A stretch of DNA of 64,000 nt, taken from assembly GCA_964187785.1 (NCBI GenBank), contig OZ076409.1, positions 43,030,001-43,094,000 on the forward strand, written 5' to 3'. Every line of letters begins with the position of its first letter. Position 1 is the stretch's first letter. This document shows, in pieces, positions 1 through 10,238 of the stretch. Both the position numbers and the translations under genes were made by a program. Source of the stretch: Amphiscolops sp. MND2022. Taxonomy: Eukaryota. The notes under the pieces are model-generated. The model searched no databases and had not been told where the DNA came from. It saw only the letters and a program-made list of their open reading frames with translations.

Positions 1-1
1 G

Positions 2-877
2 ATCCTGGCTACTACAGAGACTGTGAAGTCCGATTTCATCAAAGACAGTCAGCAATATATACAATACCTGATCAATGAGATCCTTCGGCAGACTGGGCTG
101 ACTACTAACATTGTGAAGGGGATGGCCGCTTTCGACCCTCTTATCCTGTTCAAGCGACCTATGGAAATAGCCCTGCGGCACTTTGACATTCTCTACAGTA
201 CCTTCTCTCTCCGTTCTTGGGTCTCCAGTGCTAACGAGTCCTTGTGCCGTGATCAATACATGCAGTTACTTGACCATCTACGTACAGCCTATGACCCAGA
301 TTTCGACATATCGAGTGTTTCAGCTGATCTGATTGAGTTCCTGTCCGAGTTGGAATTCCTCCGTAATCGTAGCTGTTTGTTCTACTTATTCAAGTTGTGT
401 TGCTTGTGCGCTACGACTGTCAGTCACACGTACCCTGATGTCACCTTCGGGACAATTTCCACTGCTGGACGTCATAACAGATTGACCGACGTTATTCTTC
501 CCAGCCAAAGTTACGTGGCTAACGTGCGCGATGCGGTTGCTTTCTGTAGCGACAACGGGAACCTGACCAAGTTCATCGACTTTTCTTCTTCTTTCGGACG
601 TTCTGCATTTGCCTCTGACTATGATCCTTGGACCTACGTGGACAATTTCGGACGTTCGAAGATTTATAAGTCGTTGCTGGCCTCCTACCGGACAGCACTT
701 TCCACCCCTCAGAAAACTCTAGTCCGGAGTGCACCAGAGGATCAAAGCTCCGTAGCTGATACATCTGCTGTGAAAGCCCCTTCTAGCACTAAACGAAGGA
801 AAATGGAACGTCGAGCTTCTCGGGCATCCTCATCGTCCACTGTTGGAGCCATTGAGCCTGGCTCATCTAAAGACTAA
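2..877 (+). CDS. 5'-truncated ORF of unknown function (>=291 aa), antisense and convergent to the Gypsy pol; possibly related to a hAT-type transposase C-terminal region
   Basis: The frame is open from the window edge (ATC CTG GCT... at 2) to TAA at 875-877 with no stops. The body looks helical, with an 'AAFDP' motif, and the tail is S/R/K-rich with an NLS-like KRRKMERR. The family call is only a resemblance. Confidence 0.7.
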   Translation: MLATTETVKSDFIKDSQQYIQYLINEILRQTGLTTNIVKGMAAFDPLILFKRPMEIALRHFDILYSTFSLRSWVSSANESLCRDQYMQLLDHLRTAYDPDFDISSVSADLIEFLSELEFLRNRSCLFYLFKLCCLCATTVSHTYPDVTFGTISTAGRHNRLTDVILPSQSYVANVRDAVAFCSDNGNLTKFIDFSSSFGRSAFASDYDPWTYVDNFGRSKIYKSLLASYRTALSTPQKTLVRSAPEDQSSVADTSAVKAPSSTKRRKMERRASRASSSSTVGAIEPGSSKD

Positions 878-1118
878 CTGTACATATGTATGTATGTACT
901 TTCAGACTGTAAACTTTGTTGATTTCTTTGTTGTATTTATTCTTTCGTTTGCCCTTGATTTCTGTTTCCTCATTATTTGTATCTTTCACCCCCGTATTTA
1001 TTTATTTTGAGAGGGGTCCTTCATTCGTCCCATTATTCAAAAGATACTAAAGGGACTGGAAAAAAACGGAAAAGAAGGTAATAAGAAAGAACTCCCATTT
1101 TCGGGAAGAATTCAATCT

Positions 1119-3392
1119 TTAGTATCTGAAGTCTTCTGAGTAGTTTGGATTAGGGTTAGGCCTGAGATTATATTTCCCTCCTCTAGGGCTCAGACTTTCA
1201 TTTCTAGCATCGCTTTCGGATATTTCGGGCACGATAATATCATCCCCCCTTTTTGGAGAGGTTTGTGTATCGTTTTCATTCATTGAATTTCTTTCTGAAA
1301 AAATTTCATTATTTTCTGGTCCACCTGCCGTACTCGGAACAGAATTTTCTTGGTTTTTTGGGGAAACGGCCGGATTCGGCCAATCAGATTTGGTATTTTC
1401 TGTCACTGCAGTAGCTTTATCTCTTTCAGTGACGTCATCATCCAAGCGTTCATTCCGGCTGTGTGTCGCGTTGTCGTTGTTTAATTCTCGCGTGATTATG
1501 TAATACGCTTCATTCTCGTTTGCGTCATTTGTATTTTCTGCCGTACTCGGCCGTTCGCCGTTCGGCAAGTTAGTTGGAATAGGTTCGTTGCCTCGTGTAA
1601 CTAGCTGTTCGCCGAAGTCTGTTTCCCACGTTATGACGTATAAATCGTCTTGCGGAATGACAATTTCTTCGTCTGGCTGCAGACGTTGTTCTCGGAAATT
1701 GTCCTCAAGTGGTTGATTGGGAATGAACTTTTTAAGGCGAATACGATGCAAAATGTGAGTTTTGTTTGTATTGATCCTTCGTACTATGTAGTTTTCATTT
1801 GGTAAAACCTTTTGGACTACAAATGGTCCAACCCAACGGTAATCGCGGAATGGAATTTTTGATCCTTGATGATCCGCTTTCGGCTGTAAGACGAAACAGT
1901 AATCATTCTCCTTCAATGGAGCAGCTTTTGCTTTGCGGTCGTAATATTCTTTGTATTTGATGTACGACTGCATAATGTTCTGCTTCGTTTTGTCAATTAG
2001 GATTTTTGTCCGGTTTTGGATTTCTTCTGCAAATTCGGTTGTAGGGTTGATCTTCTCGTTTGGATTATTTCCAAGCTTGTGATCCAGAATGTTATAGGGA
2101 ATTCTGCCATGGAATACTCTCGTTGGCTCGCAACCAATACTGGCATGATAACTCGTATTATGATTAAGTACTGCTAATGGCAAATATTTATGCCATTGTC
2201 GGCGGTATTCCCCACATGCCATTTTGAGATTTGTCTTTAATGAGGCATGGGTCCGTTCTAATTTCCCAATTGTTTGCGGGTGCTTTGTTGTTGCACATTT
2301 GAGTGTAATGCCCAAAATTTGTGTAATCTCCGCAATAATCGTAGAAGTGAATGCAGTACCCTTATCAGTAATAAGAGTCGTTGGCAGATATGCATGCTTG
2401 GTCATTATGTCAATGAGCGCTTTTGCCACATTGATCGCTGATGCATCTGTAAGGGGATAAGCGAATAAATATCTGGAGAAAACATCAATTGCCGTTAGGA
2501 CATTTTCATACCCTCCACTTGGGGGAAGATTCGGCAATAGGTCAATCTGCATGGCGTCTTCGGGTCCAAGATCCCATTCGGGCAAGTTGAGCAGCTCAGG
2601 TGTGATCGTTGCGTTAGGGACTTTCTTGTCTCTGGCACATTGTTCACACCCTTCTACCCACTTTTTGACGTGTTTAGCCATGCTAGGGTAGTAATACCTT
2701 TGTCTGATTTCCTGCAACATTTTTGAAATCCCGGGATGTTTATGCGCTGTCCCGTGAAGGGAGTGGAGCAATTCCCGAAGTAGGTGTTGCGGGAGCAAAA
2801 TTTGATGGTATTTAACATTCCCTGTTTCATCAAAATATTGCCTCGTCAGGATTTCGTCCTTGAGTACAATTCGTTCCAGATTATTTGCATAGTGTCTATA
2901 TCGGGCATCCTGTTGCAGTATGTTTTCTGAATAGTCTTCATGAAGGAGCTTTGCCTTCAATTGTTGCAATACTGCATCTTTGGACTGCTCGATGATTATC
3001 TGGTTTGTTTTCCTTAATCGGACCTGGATGTCTGGTTGTTGTTTGACCAAATTGGTTGACAGAGTTTCTATGGTAACAGTGGGCTCATCAGTCATTGGAT
3101 TTTTCCTGATTGCTTCTTTTCTTGCCCAATACTGTTCCTCTGTCTCGTCGTCATCATTCGTATAGAATATTTGTTCTTCCTGTGATACCCCTGCAGACTG
3201 AACATTGATTTCAATTGGTAGAGTTTGTACGTCCTCACGGATCTTCATGACTAATTTGTCCTTCGGATCTGCTTCTAATCGGGACAAATAGTCGGCAGCT
3301 GTGTTTTGTGCCCCTGGGATGTGTGCTATGACAAAATTGAATTGGATGACATAATCACACGCGTTCCACAGGGCTGGGGGTATTATTTTCGT
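1119..3392 (-). pseudogene. pol: Pol 3' part: end of RNase H, integrase (HHCC, DDE, GPY/F) and an acidic/Asn-rich tail, in frame after the stop
   Basis: Reads TKIIPPALWNACDYVIQFNFVIAHIPGAQNTAADYLSR after the TAA at 3393-3395; HKHPG..CEQC; IDVFSRY; TDKGTAF; GKLERTH; WVGPF. Confidence 0.93.
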
Positions 3393-6316
3393 TTAGAAAA
3401 ATCTCGTGACCGCTTTGTTGTCTGTAAGGATGATGACCGGTTTCGGCGCACCCCAGAATATATGTCCGAATTCTTTGAATGCAAAATAAATTGCAAGGAA
3501 TTCTTTTGCATAAATTGACATCTTTATTTGGGCTGGGGTGAAGGTTTTTGATCCATAAGCGACTGGTGCATAGGATTTTCTGAGTGACGTGAATTTCTGG
3601 TTCGGGTCATCTTCGATTAAGACCGCGTATCCGGCTGCACCAAAACTTGCGTCAGTAATTAGTGCTATTTGTTTGTTCGGAATGGGTTGCTGTAATGCCA
3701 AATCGCAACATTTGTCAAGTGCTTTGTTGATTTCCTCGAATTGTTGGACCAATTCTTTCGATACCAGGACCTTTTCGTCACTTTTCAGCATCTTGTAGAA
3801 TGGGGCAAGGCGTTCTGAAAGTCTTGGGACATAATTTCTGTAGTAGTTCAAGAATCCCAAGTAGCGTTGCAAAGCCTTTTTCGACTTTGGGAATTTGGTC
3901 TTTTCCAGGAAGTTTTGCACGTTTTGTTTCTGGGGTTTGACGCCTTGCGGGGTAATAGTCCGTCCGAGGAAATCAATTTCTTTTGCACCAAAGTGACATT
4001 TGTGCATTGTCAACTTAAGGCCTGCTTCCTGAATGCATTTGAATGTTGCTTTCAGGTTCATTATGAGGTGGTCAACATCATTGGCTGCTATGCCGATATC
4101 GTCCACATACTGGGCGCACTGATCCGCTTTAATGACTTTGTCGAGGTATTCCCTCCTGAAACACGAGAATGCGGATAGTGACCGACTAAGGCCTTGTGCC
4201 AAGCGTCTATATGCGAATGTACGACTGGCAAAATTGAAAGCCAACATTTCGATTGAGCGTTGGTCGGCCATTGGTAGGCAGTGGTATGCCTGCGAACAGT
4301 CTAATTTACAGAACAGTTTTTTGCCTGCCAAGTGTTGGGCAGCATCAACCAAGGTGCTAACAGGGTGATTATTGTTGATATAATCATCCGAGATGAGGTT
4401 GTTGATTTTTCTCAAGTCAACCAAAAGTCGTAGCTTCCCATTTGGTTTCTTTTGGGCGAATATTGGGCTTGCGTACTTTGAGAACGGTAGTGTGGTTATG
4501 ATGCCATATTTGTGCAACATGGCTATTTCGACGAGGATGTCCTCCTTCAGATTGATAGGAGCTGGAAGGCTTTGACTATAGGCTGGGGAATCGTCCTTAG
4601 GTGTCAGTTTCACTTTGAATTCCTCGTTCATGCCTATATCAAATCGGTGTCGTGCAAAGATGTCATGGAATTCCACTAACAGTTCCTCAATTTTCTCCTT
4701 TTCTTCAGGAGTAAGGGTGGAATCTTTCCAGTCAAAGTTTTCTAAGAATTTTGCACGCGATTCTGCGTCTGTGGTGGGGTCGAGTGTCTCCAGGTCCTGT
4801 AAGGCCTGTAACTCACGTAGGATTCGTTTTTGTATGGGTGTGTGTTCCTCAGGATTTCCAGGGTTTTCTGGAGTTGGGAACCAGTAATTTTCGGAGTTTT
4901 GTGGATTTCTATTGGTTTTGATGAGACTGCTGACATAATGGGCTGCTTGCTCCTGATCATTCTGCAAAAGGTGCCAGGTTGATGCCGGGTCTACCGGTTT
5001 GACGTATTTCATTTGTTCTGGCGTCATGACAGAGAAATTGGCAATATGTAATCCCTTTTTGAGTTTATAAGGATGGTCTGTGAAATTGTTCACTGATATC
5101 AATATATTGCCATCATTCAGAGTGACCAAGGCTGGGCAGAATGTGATGTCGCCTTCTTCATGTAGAAGGTCGCTCGGTTGTAAAATTCCAGTGACAGCAT
5201 TCTCAGGGTAGAGTAGGGAATTGGTCCTGATTAGGACTCTGTCATTCGGCGGAATGGTTATTTCAGTAGGGTTGAGAATTGGTTCTAGCACGTGTGAGTA
5301 TTTATGGTCAGCTGTTTTTAGCTGCATTGAAAAGAACGGGAAGTTCAGGATTCCTTGTCTCATGTCCAGAACTGTATGATTTCTCTGCAGGAACATTAGT
5401 CCAATGATCGGTCCTGTTAAATGTTCCATGACTATGAAAATCTCATGAAACTCAATGTCACCAACTTCAAATTTGAGCTCTATGGTACTCTTAGGAGTTT
5501 CCAGTTGCCCATTAGCGACCATGATTTGGAAATTCGGAGGCGGACCTTCTCGGATAACAGATTGTGGAGATAGGAGGCGGATTTTCCTGAGGTCCATTTC
5601 AGGTATTGCACTGGACAGTGCCCCAGTGTCTATTAGTCCATCAATGGTCAATTCCCCAAAGTCCATTGGGAAATAAAGCATGCGTTTCTTGCATTTGAGG
5701 TTGATGTTGGTTGACAGGGGTATACAGTCTGGTTCACCATCTCTGGTGATGAGTACATTTTGGAATTGTTTTTCGTCTAATAATGATTGTGGCGTGATTT
5801 CACCACTGTTTTCAGTATTCTCGGTCCCCAGGGGATTTGGGAACACCGGATGGTTTGTGCCATCATTCATTTGCCAGGTTTCAATCAATGCTCTAGTTTT
5901 CTTGTTGTGGGTGATTGGAGGATTTTCATGGGCTGATTTATTGTAGAGTTCGATATCATCAATGACGTATTGGAATTGTAGCAGATCTTGGTTGTAGAGT
6001 TCCGTGTCCCAATAGGGATCTCGTCCATAGTCAGGATCTATGTAGGTAGGGTTGTAGTCGTCTACCAAGGGAATGGGCCTGAATCGGCTATTGAAAGCAG
6101 ATGTGTAATCAGGGTCCCATATAGGAATTGGTTTTTGGAACAAATGGGTATTATTATAGGTAATAATGGTAGCTTTTTCCATCTGCTGCTGCCAGACAAC
6201 AGAAGGATAGCCCATCAATTGCTGCTGATAGTTATGAAAGCTTTGAGTTGGAGGGTCCGATTTGATGTATTGTCGGACAGAGACTAGTTGGTCATAGTGG
6301 AGTCGTGGCGAAGCTA
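3393..6316 (-). pseudogene. pol: Pol 5' part: aspartic protease, dUTPase-like insert, reverse transcriptase and most of RNase H; ends at a premature TAA
   Basis: LIDTGA at ~5621-5636; RT motifs LRLLVDLRKIN, KLDCSQAY, QGL and YVDD (~4098-4109); RNase H TDAS...KEFLAI...TDNK. The frame is open from the -1 frame at the gag stop. Confidence 0.93.
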
Positions 6317-8032
6317 GTTTTTTGACTCATCATTGGAAGATGAGGCCTGTGAGTTGGAAGATGTTGATTTGTTTTGTGGTTTCTGCGCCTTTGAATTGGG
6401 TTTACCGTCATTAGCGTCATCTGGTCTGGTGCGTTTGGGTTTGAGATGCGCACCAGCACCTTGCCAGCATCTTTCTTCCGGGTGGTTCTTTTTGCCACAA
6501 GTGCCACACTCCGGATACGTCTTTTTCTGAGTTTGTTTGCCTTGTTGGGCATCTTTTTCCTTTTTCTTCTTCAATTTTTCACAGTCTTTGACCATATGGC
6601 CCTTCTCCTTGCAGTAGTTGCAAGTGATGTCCGACATTTGCCCAGTAGTTAGAGGAGTCTTGGATTTTGTTGTCGAGGAGGTCATTGTGGCCATTGGTAG
6701 GTCGTCTGATTCCTCAAGAGCATTTAGTTCTAATTCTCTCTCTAAATGAGCAACTATTTCGTCATAAGAGCCGTTTTCGAGTCTGGCCATGTTTACGGAT
6801 CGCTTCAGTTTTGGTGGCAGTTTTGCGTAAAGCAAACTGTCAATCATCTTCTGTGCATGATCGCCAAACGCCTTTTCTGCTCCCTGGTTCAATTCTTCGA
6901 GAAAATCAGGCAGCTTCATCGTATTGGGATCGAAGACTAGACGGTGCCATTTATGTTTGGCAGTCGCCTGTGACTCAGGTTTGACGTATTTTCGTCTGAA
7001 TATTATCAATACGTCCTCTAAAGTCTGTCTATTGCTCGAGCTGATGTTCCGGAAGGTTTGGAGAGCATTCTTCCTCAGTAGTGAGTGGAAGTGGTTGATT
7101 TTCATCTGTTCCGTCATTTCCGGTTGCATCTTGATCATCGTGTGGAACAGGTCCTCAAACAGCTCGAAATTTTCACTCTTGCCATCAAAAGTCATTGTGG
7201 TTGAATTGACTGGGCGTATAGTGAGTTGTTGGGCTGTCGGCCTATTCTGCATCGTTGTCAAGACATCTGCTAGTCGAGTAATAGGGTCAGTTTGAGTAGC
7301 CGGAGCATTTCTCTCTTGCGCTGGGATCGTCGTGTCAAGGTTAATGTCCTCATAGGACCTGTCGAGATGGTTTCTGGATGAGATTCGTCCCGTGAGAAAC
7401 TCAGGAACTTCGATTGGAGATTCGTTTTCTCCTGTCACCATGTCGTAAGCACGAGAGTTTGTGCTTGTGAGTCCGTCTTTGGGACGGTCATTGGCCTGTT
7501 TGTTCTTAGAATCGTTCCTAGGTTCTGAGTTTTGCAGTGCTTCGGAATATCCTTCCGGTCTCTCGGCCGGAACGTTCCATCTCTCTTTGGTCAATTGTCC
7601 CGACCCGGCCATAACTACATTCTGGATTTGAGGCAAAATTTGGCTGCTAATTGCCTCATTTATGGCTCTTTGAATCTGAACACTGACACTATTCATCATT
7701 TCGTCCATCTCTCGAGATATACGTGAATTTAACTCACTCGACAATCTATTGATCTCAACGCTCGAACACTCTCTGATTGAATTATGGCCTAATTCGGTAT
7801 TTGGACTTGGTCCATTATTTCTCGGATTTGGGAATCCATTCTCATTTTCATCTTCAAATTCATCTCCAAACGAGCTTTCTGGCCTACCGGCCTGATTACT
7901 ATTCACACTTTCATTTCTCTCATTTCTTTCAAAATGGTTTTCGCCTAACATAATGTCCAGATTATCAATATCTGATAACATCTCAAGTCCTCTAGACTTT
8001 CTCGCTTTCTTTTGCTTTCTAGTGGTAGGCAT
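6314..8032 (-). CDS. gag: Gag polyprotein (572 aa) with basic N-terminus, capsid-like region and two CCHC zinc knuckles
   Basis: FDGKSENFELFEDLF capsid-like start; knuckles CNYCKEKGHMVKDC and CGTCGKKNHPEERC. Confidence 0.92.
   Translation of the reverse strand: MPTTRKQKKARKSRGLEMLSDIDNLDIMLGENHFERNERNESVNSNQAGRPESSFGDEFEDENENGFPNPRNNGPSPNTELGHNSIRECSSVEINRLSSELNSRISREMDEMMNSVSVQIQRAINEAISSQILPQIQNVVMAGSGQLTKERWNVPAERPEGYSEALQNSEPRNDSKNKQANDRPKDGLTSTNSRAYDMVTGENESPIEVPEFLTGRISSRNHLDRSYEDINLDTTIPAQERNAPATQTDPITRLADVLTTMQNRPTAQQLTIRPVNSTTMTFDGKSENFELFEDLFHTMIKMQPEMTEQMKINHFHSLLRKNALQTFRNISSSNRQTLEDVLIIFRRKYVKPESQATAKHKWHRLVFDPNTMKLPDFLEELNQGAEKAFGDHAQKMIDSLLYAKLPPKLKRSVNMARLENGSYDEIVAHLERELELNALEESDDLPMATMTSSTTKSKTPLTTGQMSDITCNYCKEKGHMVKDCEKLKKKKEKDAQQGKQTQKKTYPECGTCGKKNHPEERCWQGAGAHLKPKRTRPDDANDGKPNSKAQKPQNKSTSSNSQASSSNDESKN
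6317..6323 (-). promoter_or_regulatory. -1 ribosomal frameshift slippery heptamer A_AAA_AAC
   Basis: The minus strand reads GAG TCA AAA AAC TAG; the -1 frame runs CTA GCT TCG ... CAA TTG ATG GGC into pol without a stop. Confidence 0.85.
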
Positions 8033-9890
8033 TAAGACAGAACCGGGTTGAATAATTCAATTATCAAAACCGGAAAACTGACAAAAGTCGTTGTATTATT
8101 TCGATCTTTATCAAAGTGAAGGTATGAGATTAATAATCTTTTTACAGGAATATGGCTATATATACTCGTAAAAAGATGACACTCACATTCCACAAATCCT
8201 TTGATCAAGAAAACATCACATGTTTATGGCCTTAACAGGTCATGTGACAAGTATTATTACGGCATTGGGTTGGGTATTCAACACTTCAAAGCGGATATTT
8301 TAGGGTGATGTCCCAATTGGGAAAATTCCTAGTTTCAGGGTGGTCCTTAGGAATTCAACATCAAAAGAATGATATTTAACGGGGCACACAAGCAGCACCT
8401 TCAAGTGTCATGTTTATAAACATCATCAACATTACCTTGTCAGCAAATACCAATGTCTATTGAAGGAATGCAAAAAGCATCTCTTCGGAATGCACATGCG
8501 ACACGTGTCACCACGCGCCTATTATTCAACGTAAGGGGAAGCAACTTCAAATAATACATGTCTAATCTATTTAAATACCACTGCATCATTAAATAAGAGT
8601 ATCTCTCAAAAGGGCCGAAATTGGCCAAATCCTGATTAATGGTACAATACAATACTAGGGGGAGGAAGGGTAAAAGACCTTATTCGGCCTTTGATCAGCA
8701 TCTAGTTTATTCGGTCCGTTGGGGGGTGCGTTGGTATTATTTTAATATTAAAACACCTTTGAAATGATCCCCAACTAATATGGTTAACTATAAAGTACAG
8801 ATAATACAGCATCACTCATTGCATCAAGACGGCCTAAACCGGCCATTTGACCAAGGTACAAAACAATTCGTGGACATTAAGTTAATTGGCCGTATTCGGC
8901 CGCTACCAAATCAAAGCTATATTGCACTTGTGAATTGGAGCGCTGTGATTGGTTGAGGGAATGAGCTCAAGTGACGTTTTTGGATTATCGCTGAGCGTCA
9001 CTTGAACTCGTTTCCTATACCGCTTTACAGTTGCTTATACTAGTATTGCTTTTCGATTCAATCGATTTACATTTCAACTGCACTTTCACAAGGGTAGCCT
9101 AATTTGGACATCTCCAAAATGTACAATCTTTAACAGACTAATATTAACTTCATTCAAATATGAAACTTTTACATGAAAACATACAAAGCAACAACTAATC
9201 GTTAAATAAAACTAGTTTTTAAGGTCCATAACCTGTATTCAGTATATTGGCAGTGTACTCGGTGTTGGATTTTGTTCTCCTGCCGATGTAGTATAGTTAT
9301 TTCCGTCACAGGCGGCAGCCTGCGACAATTTGATTGTACTTATTTAAACAAAAACCATCAATGAAGAATCCTTTGAATCTGTTTTTGTAACGTGCGTTCA
9401 TTTTTTCGTCAAGTTTTGTTGATTTAAATTCCCTACAGGTTTGCTACCTTGAATTTTGCTTCATTAATTTTCATTAACTGGTTAAATTAAACCATTACCA
9501 ACTTCAGCCCAGGGGCTATCAAAAATTATTTTTTTCACAAAAATCAATTATAGGGTTTACCAATCAATTAATTGTAATTGCTAGTTTGTAACAATCAATT
9601 ATTGCAATTAATTGCAATTAATTGGTGCATTTTGTTACGAGTTCTTGATCCCAGAGCTTCTGATTTATCTTAAGAAAAATTAAAAGTGAACGTTTAGACT
9701 GATTTAAAAGATCGTATCGAATAAAAAGCTTGCAGTGAATTCGTCAAATTTGTCGGCTGCAATCGACGTTACGTAATTTCCTGTTCGTAGGAATGGTAAT
9801 TTCATCTCTGAAAAAGAGGAGTCTACTTCAACTGGCCGACTGATCAACTGAACGAAAGCGCAACTGACCGACTGATTGAATGATGAAATT

Positions 9891-10008
9891 GAATTTGATT
9901 GGTTATTGGAAATACGAAACGGTTTCGGTAATTTCATCATCTTGTCGGAGAATTTGATTGGTTAATGGAAATACGAGACGGTTTCGGAAATTTCATCATC
10001 TTGTCGGA
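9891..10008. repeat. Two tandem 59-bp copies inside the hAT MITE
   Basis: GAATTTGATTGGTTA(T/A)TGGAAATACG...CTTGTCGGA at 9891-9949 and 9950-10008. Confidence 0.85.
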
Positions 10009-10029
10009 AAATAAACAACGTTCGAAAAA

Positions 10030-10238
10030 CGCGTCGAAAAATTCCATATCAGCGATTATTTTCAGGTTGTTATTTGGAGTGGTTAGCATATTTGTTGTAT
10101 GGCTCGGTCGCTTCGCTCCCTTCGCCAAGTAGCAACATTGAGGCATGGCCGTATGGCACGTCGCTCCGCTTCGCTTCGCTCCTGCATTTAGGGCACTAGG
10201 AGTATGTGAACATATCTGACTACGTTATCGTAATTTTC
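10030..10238 (+). repeat. Dispersed ~200-bp module rich in CGCTTCGCT; second copy inverted at 26019-26232
   Basis: Clear reverse-complement similarity between the two segments. Confidence 0.8.

Larger units (their letters stand above)
1119..8500 (-). mobile_element. Near-intact Ty3/Gypsy LTR retrotransposon (gag-pol); LTR boundaries not resolved in the window
   Basis: Domain order is gag(CCHC x2)-PR-RT-RH-INT. Only one disabling codon was seen. Leader similarity to the relic at 45.3-45.8 kb extends to about 8500. Confidence 0.95.

Noticed and set aside
2224..7726. Short plus-strand ORFs overlapping gag and pol
   Set aside because: Antisense shadows of real coding sequence, with no motifs.
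9120..9310. TG...CA segment as the Gypsy 5' LTR
   Set aside because: No second copy is available, the PBS match is poor, and the TG start lies inside a hairpin.
10191..10199. Helitron 3' end (CTAG)
   Set aside because: Similarity to the second copy continues ~40 bp past the CTAG.
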